A stretch of DNA of 64,000 nt, from contig NC_042998.1 of assembly GCF_006345805.1 (NCBI RefSeq), positions 33,852,001-33,916,000 on the forward strand, written 5' to 3'. Shown piece by piece: positions 27,222 to 40,454 of the stretch. Each line of letters opens with the position of its first letter. The first letter of the stretch is position 1. The notes under the pieces are model-generated. The model was not told the DNA's origin, made no database searches, and saw nothing but the letters and a program-made list of their open reading frames with translations. The position numbers and the translations under genes were made by a program. Origin of the DNA: Octopus sinensis. Taxonomy: Eukaryota.

Positions 27222-27276
27222 AAATAAATTTTCAAACAAAAAAATATCTTTGTCGGGATTAAAATATAGCATTCAA

Positions 27277-27474
27277 ATTATAGCACAAAGCCAGCAATTT
27301 GGGTGGAAGTGGGGAAATCGATTACATCGGCCCCAGTGCTCAACTAGTAATTATCTTATCAATCCCGAAAGGAGCAAAGTCAAAGTCGTGCTCGACGGAA
27401 TTTGAACTCAGAACGTAAGCACAGTTAAAAAGCATTTTTTGCTCAGCGCGATAACGATTCTGCCAACTCGCCTT
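27277..27474 (-). mobile_element. SINE family B, diverged long-tail form
   Basis: ggaatttgaactcagaacg, ccgaaaggagcaaag, aacgattctgccaactcgcc. Confidence 0.75.
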
Positions 27475-27516
27475 AGAAACCCCGAATAATCACTCTTCAC
27501 TTTTTTTTACTGTGAA

Positions 27517-27832
27517 GGCACATGGCTTAGTGGTTAGGGCATTCGACTCACGATTGTGAGGTTGTGAGTTCAATTCCCGGCGACGTGTTGTGTCCTTGAG
27601 CAAGACACTTTATTTTACGTTGCTCCAGTTCACTCAGCTGGCAAAAATGAGTAGTACCTGTATTTCAAAGGACCAGCTTTGTCACACTGTGTCACGCTGA
27701 ATCTCCCTGAGAACTACGTTAGGGAGACACGTATCTGTGGAGTGCTCAGCCACTTGCACATTAATTTCACGAGCAAACTGTTCTGTTGATCGGATCAGCT
27801 GGGACCCTCGTTGCCGTAACCGACGGAGTGCT
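27517..27832 (+). mobile_element. SINE family C, full length
   Basis: Head, gtgtccttgagcaagacact, tail accgacggagtgc. Confidence 0.9.
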
Positions 27833-28994
27833 CCCACCTTCTTTAGTAATTTCTATTAAAATTTAAACAGTGGAGGTAAAATTTAAACATTCTATTAAAA
27901 TTTAAACATTTGGCAAATACCAAAAATGAGGAACATGCTGGATGGGACAATAAAAATTTGTGCAAAATGAATTTCTGTTTGATTAAAATAATGTGCGTGT
28001 GTGTGTATGTGTAAAATATGGGTAGGGGTGTTGGGTAAACGCTATTTGGGGTAAGCTCAATGTTCCACGTTCTAAACTGAAATTCTGCAGTTGGATTTCA
28101 TCATTCTTCAGACTGAAGCACCAATAATATGGCAGAGTCGATTTTATCAACTACATATCCTCCCTTAACAAAAAAACAAAAACAAAAAAAAAAACAGATA
28201 GACAGAGAGAGTCTATTTTGTATCTATTCAAAGAGGAATTAATAAAAGCACAAGTTTGTAAACAATATTTAACAATTATAGAATAAACCAACAAACGAAG
28301 GGTGTTGGCCGAAAAGGAATTGTCGAAAGTTCACCGGTGAAAGTTCATTGGTTATTATTTATTTGTGAATTCATTATAAATCGTGCCAGAAGACAGAAAC
28401 AATTTTATTTTTAATTTGTTCAACATATATCAACTGTATTATAAATATATTTCACGTTCAGTCGTACCTATTGTTTTAAATTACTGATGTTTATTATTAT
28501 TATAAAGAGAAGACTTTGAACTTTTATTCTACTAATACATTTTCATTTCCAAAGAAACTCTTTCGGCAGATTTCACAGACCTAAATTTCGAGAAGGACAC
28601 AGTAATTTTTTCTTCCAGTTGTAATTTTGATATATTTTTCAGATATACATTCGAGAAAGTAAATTCTTAAGTGCTTTATTTTATCATTAATTCATTTGGA
28701 TACAAAAAAACAACTCTACCTAAATCGAAGACTTCCATATTAGTTTGATATTTTATTTATTAAAAATTTGAAATCAAACTCAACGAACTAGTAACAAATT
28801 AGAAATATAAAAAAAAAAAGATGGCGTGTTCGTCGTTTAACGAGAGCTTTATGGACAATTGTTGTGAAAAATACGAGAAGGAGAAACGAAAATTGACAAG
28901 TCGTCTGAGGAATTATACGGAAGATGGTTGTAAAGGAAAACTGGAATATTTTAAAGACGTAGTAAGTGGAAATATTTGTGTTGTTAATTAGTTC

Positions 28995-29063
28995 CCTTGT
29001 TAACCCTGATAAATTAACCTTGTCAACCCTGATCAATTAGCCTTGTCAACCCTAATTAATTAA
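28995..29063. repeat. Three-copy 23-bp tandem repeat (ccttgtcaaccctgatcaattag)
   Basis: Direct reading. Confidence 0.8.
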
Positions 29064-29874
29064 GCCTATAATTAAAGGCATGATCACTCCGTCTGTTTTG
29101 TTCTCCTGTATAGAGTATCTAGGGCTCCGTTAATAAATTTGTACTCGTTAAGACTTAGGTATGATTTGCGGTAGATTTGACTGCTGTTTCTGAAGGGTTG
29201 AGCGACCGTATAGAGCATAGGTTCCCCTACCAGTGTGCCGCGGCACTCTGGGATTCCGCGAGGTCAACCGAGGGGGTGCCGCGAAATATACATACGTACG
29301 TAGTATAATAATTGACCATTTAGAGTCTATTTTATTGTCATTATATCAACATTGGTGAAATAAGGATAATCTTTGATCAATACCAGGGACGTAGTTGTCT
29401 TTCACAGATCTTGTTATCCGGGGACAAAGTCTTGTTATATTGAGGTTGAGTCAAAGAGACGAGTGTCATATTAGATTTTCTAATAGGGGCGCCGTGGTTT
29501 TCTGAAAGGCTTGGCAAGGGTACCTCGAGGCAGAAAATGTTGGGATACTCTGGTCCAGAGGTATGTCGCTGACTCATTTAAGATTCCTAATAAAGGGAGA
29601 GATGCGGGGTAGAGGAATAGTCGGTTACATCGACCGCAGTACTCCACTGGTACTTATTTTAACGACCCGAAGGGATGAAAGAAAAAGTCGACCACGGCTG
29701 ATTTTGAACTAAAAATATAAATGATGAGATGTCGCTGAGAATTTTGTCCAATGTGCTAACCATTCTGCCATCGTTAGCTAATATCACAACTTTTTGCTCT
29801 TAGAATTAGAAAAATATTGTAAATATAAAATAATTGTATGAGAGATTTAGACGATAATATTTGTTTTTATATTA

Positions 29875-30216
29875 CGGAGATGTACTTGCATAGCACGTGA
29901 CCTGATCTGAGATCGTGTGCTGGAACGAAAACATATGCAGCGTGGACGGTGTTTATAAGCCATTTACGAAACCCACAAAAACAGTTAGATTCACTTCAAC
30001 ATTTAAATTTAATTTGTCAAAATATTTTCGTCGCTTTGAGACCGCTACCTATCCACTGACAAAATTCAGTGCAGCACGGAATTTTGTCAGTGAACAGATC
30101 GCGGTCCCAAAGCGAAGAAAATATTTTGACAAATTAAATTTAAATGTAGAAGTGAATCTAACGGTTTTGTGTGCTTCTTAAATGGCTTATAAACACCTTC
30201 CACGCTGCAATTGTTT
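29875..30216. mobile_element. Palindromic MITE (family M1), right end truncated
   Basis: Long inverted arms around a central hairpin ctgacaaaattc..gaattttgtcag; ta|cggagatg terminus. The missing end is present in the copy at 489-627. Confidence 0.8.
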
Positions 30217-30243
30217 GTTTTTATAATATAACCATAATATAAC

Positions 30244-30580
30244 CCAACCACATGGTTCCGGATTCAATCCCTCTGCTTGGCACTTTGGGCTGGTGTCATC
30301 GTCTAGAGCTTCGAGCCGATGAAAGCCTTGTGAGTGGATTTAGTAGACGGAAACTGTAAGAAGCCCGTTGAATATAAATATGCACATATGTGTGTCTTTG
30401 GGTCTGTTTGTCCCCATCACCGATTGACAACCGGTGTTGGTGAGTTTACGTCGTCGTAACTTAGCAGTTCGGCAAAAGCGAAAAAGAAAATAAAAAGTAT
30501 TGGAGTTGGTTAATTCGACTAAAAATTCTTCAAGGCGATGTCCCAGCATGGCCGCAGTCCAATAACTGAAACAAGTAAAG
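30244..30580 (+). mobile_element. SINE family A
   Basis: Body and tail recognisable. Confidence 0.8.
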
Positions 30581-30624
30581 CTATTACAGATACTTAGTTA
30601 TATTTCATAATGTTTAAAGCATTT

Positions 30625-30887
30625 GATATGACCGACCAAACCACAGCAGCGAATCACGTAGCCCAGCTGCAGAAGTCCAGTGAAGGAAACCACGTACAAC
30701 TCGACGAGGCTTTTCACTCCAACTTCAGAGGCTTCCATCAAAGCTCGCTCAAAGATATTTGATGAAACTGATATCCTGCTTGATGGAGATTATGGAGTTG
30801 TGTATCTTTTGAACCATATATTGGTTCCCAACCCTTTTATTTAAAGGAGTTTTTCCCACGGACCACTGTTAATATGCTTATCCTTTT
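30625..30887 (+). repeat. About 263-bp block duplicated in inverted orientation at 37086-37349
   Basis: High identity along its whole length. Confidence 0.9.
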
Positions 30888-31265
30888 AAGGCGGCGAGCT
30901 GGCAGAAACACTAGCACGCCGAGCGAAATGCTTAGCGGTATTTCGTCTGCCGCTACGTTCTGAGTTCAAATTCTGCCGAGGTCGATTTGCCTTTCATCCT
31001 TTCGGGGGTCGATAAATTAAGTACCAGTTACACACTGGGGTCGATGTAATCGACTTAATACCTATGTCTGGCCTTGTTTGTCCCCTCTATGTTTGGCCCT
31101 TTGTGGGTAATAAAGAAATAGGTATTTCGACCGTCGCTACGTTATGAGTTCAAATTCCACCGATGTCGACTTTGCCTGTCATCCTTTCGGGGGTCGATAA
31201 ATTAAGTACCAGTTGTGTACTGAGATCGATGTGATCGACTTACTCCTCTTCACAGATTTAAGGCT
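30888..31265 (+). mobile_element. SINE family B, dimeric
   Basis: Junction at 31121/31122. Confidence 0.85.
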
Positions 31266-31412
31266 TTAAAAAGTATTACTAAAATAATACGTAATTTAGA
31301 AGTGATGTGCATAGTTGGGTGCGGGTAGAAAAACAGAGAGAATGAAGTGTAAACAGCCTCCTGCATTTGGGGAGTTTTGTGTTACTCGATGATCCTCTTA
31401 ATATTCTATGTA

Positions 31413-31609
31413 GGCGCAGGCGTGGCTGTGTGGTAAGAAGTTTGCTTCCTAACCACATGGTTCTGGGTTCAGTCCCACTACGTGACATCTTGGGCAAGTA
31501 TCTTCTACTATAGCCTCGGGCCGAATAAAGCCTTGTGAGTGGATTTGGTAGACGGAAACTAAAAGAAACCCTTCATGTGTATGTGTGTGTATGTATATAT
31601 ATATATATC

Positions 31610-31641
<32 letters not shown>

Positions 31642-31886
31642 ACATTTATATATATATATATATACATTTATGTGTGTGTCTTTATGTTTGTGTTTGTCCA
31701 TCCCACCATCGCTTGACAACCGATGTTGGTGTGTTAATGTTCCCGAAATTTATCGGCTCGGCAAAGAGACCGATAGACTTAATACTAGGCTTACGAAGAA
31801 TATGTCCTGGGGGCGAATTGTTCGGCTAAATGCGGTGCTCCAGCATAGCTGCAGTCAGATGACTGAAATGTGTGAAAGAAGAAAAG
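31413..31886 (+). mobile_element. SINE family A, full length
   Basis: Head, body, internal microsatellite and tail. Confidence 0.88.
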
Positions 31887-32060
31887 GCTATTACCGGGAA
31901 TCTCGATTTGGCAAACTGTGCCAGTGCCTCGATGGGAATAGGATTATAACAGACGGAATCTTAAATATCTGTCGTTAATATTGTATTGAGTCAAAAGTTT
32001 TGCAATATTTTTGTTGTTTATTTCCTTTATTCGTTAATTTACAACAAAAGCGGCCTCGCA

Positions 32061-32168
32061 TTCAAAGAAGACGCCATCGTGTTGCACCGTCTAAATCCAC
32101 CTTCCTGTCAGTTCTTTGATCCCACACTGAGACCAATTCTTGTTCTTCGAGAAGAAGAAATCCTTCAC
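32061..32168 (-). pseudogene. Mariner transposase C-terminal remnant
   Basis: VKDFFFSKNKNWSQCGIKELTGRWI*TVQHDGVFFE matches the mariner end (FF.SK...GI..L..RW...DG.YF). Confidence 0.65.
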
Positions 32169-32486
32169 GGAAGTGATGCTTTATAACTTATTCACGTGTT
32201 CATGTATTTATGGTTTTCAACTGATCGCATCGTTATCTCCTTGTAATTCTTTCCAAGAAATTTTCTTGATCCAAGTCGAGCTGGCGTAGTGGTGCGCCCT
32301 CTTTCGAAATAAGAGCGACTGATAGGAAAATATATTCAATAATGTATAAAATATAGTTGTTCGATGTTTTCTGAATGATGAATATTCATAATAGATAATC
32401 GATGTCGTGGTACGGGCATAGGGATTAGTGACAGGGAAAATCTGTGTAAAAAAAAAACACTTTTAGACATTCTGTGTCGTTTAAAT

Positions 32487-32545
<59 letters not shown>

Positions 32546-33130
32546 ACTCCCCCCCTCTCTCTCATACATACATACATACATACATACATACTATTAATTC
32601 TCAAATTATGACTTTCCAGTCTTTGAATTTGTTATACAAGGAAACGTTTTGTAAGAATAAAACTAGGGTTAGCACAATTTGCAGAAAATTTCTGACAGGA
32701 GACGCATAAAGAACGTTTGTGCTCGGTTCATTCCTAAATGTCAAGGATTAGAACAGAATATCGGATGCAAATTAAAAATTATAAAAAAAAAAACATTTTG
32801 CAAAAAAAGAAAAAATGGAATACAAAAACCTTTTGAATTTCCTTTCTTGCTTTCAGAAGTCAGCTGGTAGTTTATGCATAAACTTTAAGATTAATTACTG
32901 GTAGGGACACCATACTTCGTTACGCAACCATAACATAATACGAAGTATATTAAACGCTTTATAAGTCAATAGGGTGTCCTGCCGTGTTAGCAGTGTTATT
33001 AAATCAATTATTAAGGTCATCTCTATAGATTTTTCTATAGAAATTATAACCAGCACAGATTTGTTAGGACGTTTTGTACCCAAATACGTCTAATGTAAAC
33101 AACAATGCGATCGAAGACGGAAAAATATGA

Positions 33131-33288
33131 GGCGCCGGCGCGGCTCTGTGGTAAGAAGCTTGCTTCCCAACCACATGGTTCCGGGTTCAGTTCCATTGCG
33201 TGGCACCTTGGGTGTTTTCTACTATAGCCTCGGACCGACTGAAGCCTTCTGAGTGAGTTTGGTTGACGGAAACTGAAAGAAGCCCGTC

Positions 33289-33352
<64 letters not shown>

Positions 33353-33538
33353 CTGTCTTTGTCTGTTTGTCGCCCCACCATCGCTTGACAACCGATGTTG
33401 GTGTTTTTACGTCCCCGAAACTTAGCTGTTCGGCAAAAGACACTGATAGAATAAGTACTTGGCTTACAAAGAATAACTCCTGGGGTCAATATCTTCGACT
33501 AAACGCGGTGCTCCAGCATGACTGAAGCGTGTAAAAGA
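33131..33538 (+). mobile_element. SINE family A, near full length
   Basis: Consensus blocks present. Confidence 0.88.
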
Positions 33539-33678
33539 TTACCAGCTAGCATGACCGTGTTTTTAAAATGCAAAACTGGTCGATCCAATAGTGTTACCCA
33601 GCAATATTTAGTGGTTGTTTAAGCAATGAGTTCGTAGGGTGTTGATGGGTTGGATGTGGTGTTGAAGAAGGGGGTGAA

Positions 33679-33978
33679 GGCGCGTGGCTTAGTGGTTAGG
33701 GCATTCCGCTCACGATTGTACGGTCGTGAGTTCAATTCCCGGCGACTCGTTATGTCCTTGAGCAAGACACTTTATTTCACATTGCTCCAGTCCATTCAGC
33801 TGGCAAAAATGAGTAGTATCTGTATTTCAAAGGGCCGGCCTTGTCACACTGAGAACTACTGAGAACTACATACACGTGTCTGTGGAATGCTCAGCCGCTT
33901 GCACGTTAATTTCACGAGCAAGCTGTTCCATTGATTCTATCAGCTAGGACCCTCGTCGTCGCAACCGACGGAGTGCTC
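33679..33978 (+). mobile_element. SINE family C
   Basis: Consensus blocks present. Confidence 0.88.
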
Positions 33979-34194
33979 CTTTTTTGAAGAAGGGGGCAAG
34001 TACGTATGAAATATGTATATACGCTTATTGCTTAGTTTACCATCAGTGGAGGCTCGATGGCCCGGTGGTTAAGACACCCAAATGAATGGACACCATGACT
34101 TGTTTTATACTTATTCTATTGATCTGCTTTACTGAACTGTTAAGTTATGGGGATGTAAACACACATTCACTGGTTGTCAAGTCGTGGTAGTCAT

Positions 34195-34427
34195 GGCGGT
34201 GAGCTGGCAGAAACGTTAGCACGCCGGGCGAAATGCGTAGCCGTATTTCGTCGTCCGTTACGTTCTGAGTTCAAATTCCGCCGAGGTCGACTTTGCCTTT
34301 CATCCTTTCGGGGTCGATAAATTAAGTACCAGTTTTGACCTGGGGTCGATGTAATCGACTTAATCCCTTTGTCTGTCCTTGTTTGTTCTCTCTGTGTTTC
34401 GCCCCTTGAGGGTAGTAAAGAAATAGG
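34195..34427 (+). mobile_element. SINE family B with 11-bp target-site duplication
   Basis: ggtagtcatgg at 34186-34196 and 34426-34436. Confidence 0.9.
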
Positions 34428-34602
34428 TAGTCATGGTGATAGTGGTAGCATTGATAACACTGCTCGGTGACAATTTCAGTTCACAAAAATAAATTGTCAT
34501 CAACTCCCTACAGCCACACGTACATTAACTGACACCCTAGCAACATCATCTTCATTACAACAAACTATACAGTTCTCAGTGTGTGTGTATATATATGAGG
34601 GT

Positions 34603-34980
34603 GAACGCGCAATGGCCCAGTGGTTAGAGCAGTGGACTCGCGGTCGTGGGATCGCGGTTTCGATTCCCAGACCGGGCGTTGTGAGTGTTTATTGAGCGAA
34701 AACACCTAAAGCTCCACGAGGCTCTGGCAGGGGGTGGTGGCGAACCCTGCTGTACTCTTTCGCCACAACTTCCTCTCACTCTTTCTTCCTGTTTCTGTCG
34801 TACCTGTATTTCAAAGGGACCAGCCTTGTCACACTGTGTCACGCTGAATCTCCCTGAGAACTACGTTAAAGGTACACGTGTCTGTGGAGTGCTCAGCCAC
34901 TTGCACGTTAATTTCACGAGCAGGCTGTTCCGTTGATCGGATCAACTGGAACCCTCGTCGTCGTAATCGACGGGGTGCCA
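34603..34980 (+). mobile_element. SINE family D
   Basis: Head gcgcaatggcccagtggttag..ggtttcgattccc, own middle region, 3' half shared with family C. Confidence 0.88.
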
Positions 34981-35279
34981 CGATTTTACCATCTTTGATC
35001 GCATGGCTTACATTAGACGTGTTCGGATAGGAAGCGTCGTAACAAATCAGTTCTGGTTTAAATTTCTATAGAAAATATGTACAGAAAACCTGAAAAAGCG
35101 AAGATAAGCAAAAGGGATTCGAGCAGTTTAAAAATGCTTGTTATATGTCGGTCCTTATGTGCAATCTATTTTAAACGAGAAGCTATTAATCGATTGAATC
35201 GACCCCTGTATCTGATTGATATTTCATTTTATCGATTCCTGGAAAAATAAGACAAAGGAGACATCAACGATTCTGCAGT

Positions 35280-35480
35280 TCTTTTATCTTTTGTTTCAGC
35301 TATTAGACTGTGGCCATGCTGGGGCACCGCTTTGAAGGATTTTAGTCGAACGAATCGAGTCCAGAACTAATTGTTTTTTGTAAAGCTTGGCACTTATTGT
35401 ATCGATCTGTATTGCCGAATCACTAAGTTACGAAACGTAAACACACCAACACCGGTTATCAATTGGTGGTGGGAGAACAC
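35280..35480 (-). mobile_element. SINE family A, 3' half
   Basis: Tail and 3' body. Confidence 0.75.
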
Positions 35481-35509
35481 ATCAAAAATAACAAAGCAAG
35501 TGGACGTGC

Positions 35510-35652
35510 ACATGGAATGTATTGGTTCGACGCTCGGTAAAAGTGAAAAAAAAGGCTTTTGACGTTTCGAGCAGAGCTCTTCGTCTGAAAAGAAAACGGA
35601 AAAGTCCAGAGGAGGAAAAATATCACCGAACAGCACGTGTGTGGTTACGTGG
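35510..35652 (-). mobile_element. Family E-related terminus with hammerhead motif (35557-35591)
   Basis: Reverse strand tttt|cagacga|a|gagc-tct-gctc|gaa|acgt|c|aaaa; core U4>A. Confidence 0.65.
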
Positions 35653-35837
35653 CTGATTATATATATATATATATATATATATAGTGTGAGTGTATGTGTA
35701 AAATGTACATATATATATCTTAAAATATTTACTAGTGAAATATATATTAAGATGTATCGAGTACATGATGCTTCAGCCAAGTGTGAGAAAGTTTTGTGAA
35801 AAAAAATTCTTGCTTAATGAATCCGTTAATAACCGTT

Positions 35838-36044
35838 TCTAATTTTATCACAAGGCCAATAATTTCAGGGCAAGAGTAAGTCAGTAACATCGGCTCCAGT
35901 ACACAAACTGGTATTCATTTTATTGACCCCCTAAAGGATAAAAGGCAAAGTCAATCTCGATGGAATTTGAACTCGGAACGTAAAGACGGACGAAATGCTG
36001 CCAAGCGTTTTTTCCCTGTGCGCTAACGATTCTGCCAGCTCGCT
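35838..36044 (-). mobile_element. SINE family B, diverged
   Basis: Consensus blocks present. Confidence 0.75.
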
Positions 36045-36383
36045 CTCTTTGAATCAGTTTATACTAGCGAAATATATTTCATACGAAATTCAATTTATAA
36101 GATGTCGCTTTTAGACAAAAGTTCGATGAGAATTCCACCGAGGCTGACTTTGCCTTATATCCTTTCGGAGTCGATAAAATAAGTACCAGTTGACTACTGG
36201 GGCCCGGTGTTATCGACTTAACCCTCTCCCGAAATTGCTGGCCTTGTGCCAAAATTTGAAGTCATTATTACACTGATGCATTACACTATTCCAGTGGTTC
36301 CCAACCTGGTGGTCCGCAAAGGTAGTACTAGGGGTCCGTAAACTAAATTCAAAATTTCATATGTAGACGCAGAAGTGGCTACA

Positions 36384-36550
36384 GGCGCAGGAGTGGCTGT
36401 GTGGTAAGTAGCTTGCTTACCAACCACATGGTTCTGGGTTCTGTCCCACTGCGTGACGTCTTGGGCAAGTGTCTTCTATATCCTCGGGCCGACTAAAGTC
36501 TTGTGAGTGGATTTGGTAGACGGAAACTGAAAGCTCATCGTATATATACA

Positions 36551-36584
<34 letters not shown>

Positions 36585-36590
36585 ATATAT

Positions 36591-36638
<48 letters not shown>

Positions 36639-36843
36639 GTGTGTGTGTGTGTGTGTTTATCCTCCCCACCATCGCTTGACAACCGATGCTAGTGTTTATG
36701 ACCCCCGTAACTTAGTGGTCCGGAAAAAGAGACCGATAGAATAAGTACTAAGCTTACAAAGAATGTCCTAGGGTCGATTTGTTCGACTAAAGACGGTGCT
36801 CCAGCATGGCTGCATTCAAATGACTGAAACAAGTAAAAGAATA
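36384..36843 (+). mobile_element. SINE family A, full length
   Basis: Consensus blocks present. Confidence 0.9.
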
Positions 36844-36870
36844 TATATATTTATATAAGGATAAGCATAT

Positions 36871-37085
36871 TCTTTTCTACTCTAGGCACAAGGCCCGAAA
36901 TTTTTAGGGAGGGGGCCAGTCAATTAGATTGACCTCAGTACGCAACTGGTACTTATATAATCGACCCCGAAAGGATGAAAGGCAAAGTCGACCTCGGCAG
37001 AATTTGAACTCAGAACATAGCGGCAGACGAAATACCGCTAAGCATTTCGCCCGGCGTACTAACGTTTCTGCCAGCTCGCCGCCTT
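36871..37085 (-). mobile_element. SINE family B, long tail, with target-site duplication
   Basis: aaggataagcat occurs on both flanks (about 36858 and 37088). Confidence 0.9.
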
Positions 37086-37349
37086 AAAAGGATAAGCATG
37101 TTAACAGTGGTCCGTGGGAAAAACTCCTTTAAATAAAAGGATTGGGAACCAATATGTGGTTCAAAAGATACACAACTCCATAATCTCCATCAAGCAGGAT
37201 ATCAGTTTCATCGAATATCTTTGAGCGAGCTTTGATGGAGGCCTCTGAAGTTGGAGCGAAAAGCCTCGTCGAGTTTGTACGTGGTTTCCTTCACTGGACT
37301 TCTGCAGCTGGGCTACGTGATTCGCTGCAGTGGTTTAGTCGGTCATATC
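37086..37349 (-). repeat. Second copy of the 30625-30887 block
   Basis: Reverse-complement match. Confidence 0.9.
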
Positions 37350-37389
37350 GATCCCAGGACTTATTTTGTCCATATAAATTTATATATAT

Positions 37390-37622
37390 AAGGCAGTGAC
37401 CTGGCGGAATCGTTAGCATGCTGGGTGAAATGCTTTGCGGTATTTTGTCTGCCGCTACGTTCTGAGTTCAAATTCTGCCGAGGTCGACTTTGCCTTTCAT
37501 CCTTTCGGGGTCGATAAATTAAGTACCAGTTACGCACTGGGGTCGATCTAATCAACTTAATCCCTTTGTCTGTCCTTGTTTGTCCCCTCTGTGTTTAGCC
37601 CCTTGTGGGTAGTAAAGAAATA
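37390..37622 (+). mobile_element. SINE family B
   Basis: Consensus blocks present. Confidence 0.88.
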
Positions 37623-37671
37623 CATATATATTTATCGATCCGCCAGCAAAACATATAAACACAACTTTCCA

Positions 37672-37744
<73 letters not shown>

Positions 37745-38201
37745 CTCTCTCCACACACACACACATAGAGTGGACAAGTGTCCACACAGTTTGAGGACGT
37801 AGAGAATCATGGTCACTCGCATGGCCGTAATCTAATGACTGAAACGGGTAAAAGATAACCTGTGTGTGTGTGTGTGTGTTTGGTTGGTTTTAAACTTTGA
37901 ATTTTCAGTGGAATGGCATTTCTGTTATTTCTGATCTTTTCTCGAGGCATATCCACTGTAAACAAAGAAAAATAGTTCCAGCTGGGAATTGAACTACGAT
38001 GCGAACACTTGCTGCTTTGTAAGTGAACCACAGGAGCAGGGTAATTCCCGAACCTCGCATTAGATTAAGGGCGTCGGCTTTACCAGTTCCATTAATCAGT
38101 GATTGCTTGGAATCAGCGCTTGAGAATTTTATTACACTCAATCCCTCAATACTTCTTATATTCACTGGATAAGTTAAGCTTAGAAAGAAAGAAAAAATAA
38201 T

Positions 38202-38492
38202 GGCACTCCGTCAGTTGCGACGATGCTCGTTCCAGTTGATCCAATCAACGGAACTCGTGAAATTGACGTACAAGTGGCTGAATACCCCATAGATACGCGT
38301 ACACTTAACATAGTTCTTAGAGAGATTCAGTGTGACAAGACTGGCCCTTTGAATTACAGGTCCTATACATAATTGCCAGCTGAGTTGACTGGAGTAATGT
38401 AAAATAAAGTCTCTTGCTCAAGAACACAACGCTTCGCCGGGAATCGAACTCCTGACCTTACAATCGTGAGCCGAACACTCCTAACTAGTAAG
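38202..38492 (-). mobile_element. SINE family C
   Basis: Consensus blocks present. Confidence 0.82.
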
Positions 38493-38684
38493 TTAAACAT
38501 AAGTGAAACTCTAAAATGTTTATTGGATACGGTAATTATTGACATGAGGGAGAAAATCTTAGAATTTCAAACGAATGTCTCTTCGGCATAAAATTTTGTG
38601 CTATTTTCATAAACTTTGACGTCAAAGTTTGACATCGTATCTTTTAAAACAATATTTTATATCTCCAGCTTGTTTTCATTTTAG

Positions 38685-38735
38685 ATCAAACGACAAATGT
38701 CCTGCGGGGATGTTACAGAAGAAGAATTATATACA
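38685..38735 (+). other. Candidate 51-nt frame-preserving internal exon
   Basis: Strong acceptor cttgttttcattttag and donor gtaagt; GC-richer than its flanks; open in all three frames (e.g. IKRQMSCGDVTEEELYT). Confidence 0.4.
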
Positions 38736-39048
38736 GTAAGTTTAAATATCGTTTGTTTTGTTTGTATAAAATACAAAGTCAACAAAATTAAGACATTCTT
38801 CGTAAAAAATATCGATTAAACATCACTTGCCAACCATTTCAGTGTTGCTGTGAAACTCCAGCATCAACCTAGCTTATGACATTTAAAATAAGTTTAAATG
38901 ATTTATCATGGCTATGAGATATGAAGTTTGCCTCCCAACTACGTCGTGCTTTGGGCAAGTGTCTTTTACTATAGCATCAGACAGACCAAAGCCCTGTGTC
39001 TGGATTTGGTAGACGGAAACAGAAAGAAGCCCGTCGTGTATATAATAT

Positions 39049-39340
39049 ATCACCGTGACCGACCAGGCTATCAGATGTTGTTACACATCGCTGGTCACAA
39101 TGCGCTTCGCATTGTTTTAGCCTTGAAATGACGCCACCCCCGCTGGCTAAGCGAGCAAGCCAACAGAACAAAGAGTGAGAGAAAGTTGTGGCGAAAGAGT
39201 ACAGCAGGGATCGCCACCACCCTCTGCCAGAGCCTCGTGGAGCTTTAGGAGTTTTCGCTCAATAAACACTCACAACGCCCGGTCTGGGAATCGAAACCGC
39301 GAGTTCGCGCTGCCCTACCACTGGGCCATTGCGCCTCCAC
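39049..39340 (-). mobile_element. SINE with D-type head and middle but a different 3' half
   Basis: Matches family D up to ctctcactctt, then an unrelated tail; adjoins an A fragment at 38922-39038. Confidence 0.75.
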
Positions 39341-39410
39341 GTATATTATATATATATATTATATATATAATATATATATATATAATATATTATATATATA
39401 TATATATATA

Positions 39411-40335
39411 AGAAAAAGGTTTGAAAAAGCAATTTAAACGATGTTTATTTACTTAACCGGTTTCACTCTTGGTAACAGATTGTCAAAAGTTACATTTAAG
39501 GAAACATTGAATAATATGGGTTCAAAAAAAGTTTTTTACATAATTGTCACATTGAGTATTATGCATTCAAAAGGTTTTTACATAATTGTCACATTGAGTA
39601 TTATGCATTCAAAAGGTTTTTACATAATTGTCACATTGAGTATTATGCATTCAAAAAGGTTTTTACATAATTGTCACATTGGATATTATGAATTTCAAAA
39701 AATGTTTTTTTTACATAATTGTCACATTACATGTATAGATATGGTGTTTGTACAGAGAAGTTCAATTGTTGATGAGAATGTTTGGGAAATTTGGCAGAAA
39801 GGATAACACAAATATATTATTGGGATTGGTTGCGTTAATATTGTTTGTCGCAAATTGTCACAAATTGTCACAAATTGTCGCAATTTGGCGACAACCAATA
39901 TTAACGCAACCAATTCCCCCAATAGATATTTGTTTTATCCTTTTCTGCCAAATTTTCCCAAACATTCTCATCACACTATTGAACTTCTCTGTTACCAACA
40001 CCATATCTATACATGTAATGTGACAATTATGTATAAAAAAAACATTTTTGAATTCTAATATCCAATGTGACAATTATGTAAAAACCTTTTTGAATGCATA
40101 ATATCAATGTGACAATTATGTAAAAACCTTTTGAATGCCTAATACTCAATGTGACAATTATGTAAAAACCTTTTTGAATGCATAATACTCAATGTGACAA
40201 TTATGTAAAAAACTTTTTTTAACCCATATTATTCAATGTTTCCTTATAATGTAACTTTTGACAATCTTTTACAAAGAGTGAAACCGGTTAAGTAAAATAA
40301 ACATCGTTTAAATTGCATTTTCAAACCTTTTTTTC
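39411..40335. repeat. Fold-back inverted repeat with about 445-bp arms containing a 42-bp tandem repeat
   Basis: Arms 39411-39850 and 39887-40335; unit ttttacataattgtcacattgagtattatgcattcaaaaggt; centre (caaattgtca)n. Confidence 0.9.
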
Positions 40336-40454
40336 TAATAATCCCACTCGTGCGATACCCACAACTCACCTTTTTATATATATTATATAATATATATAAT
40401 ATATATATATATTAATATATATAATATATATATAATATAGTTGGAATTACAAAA

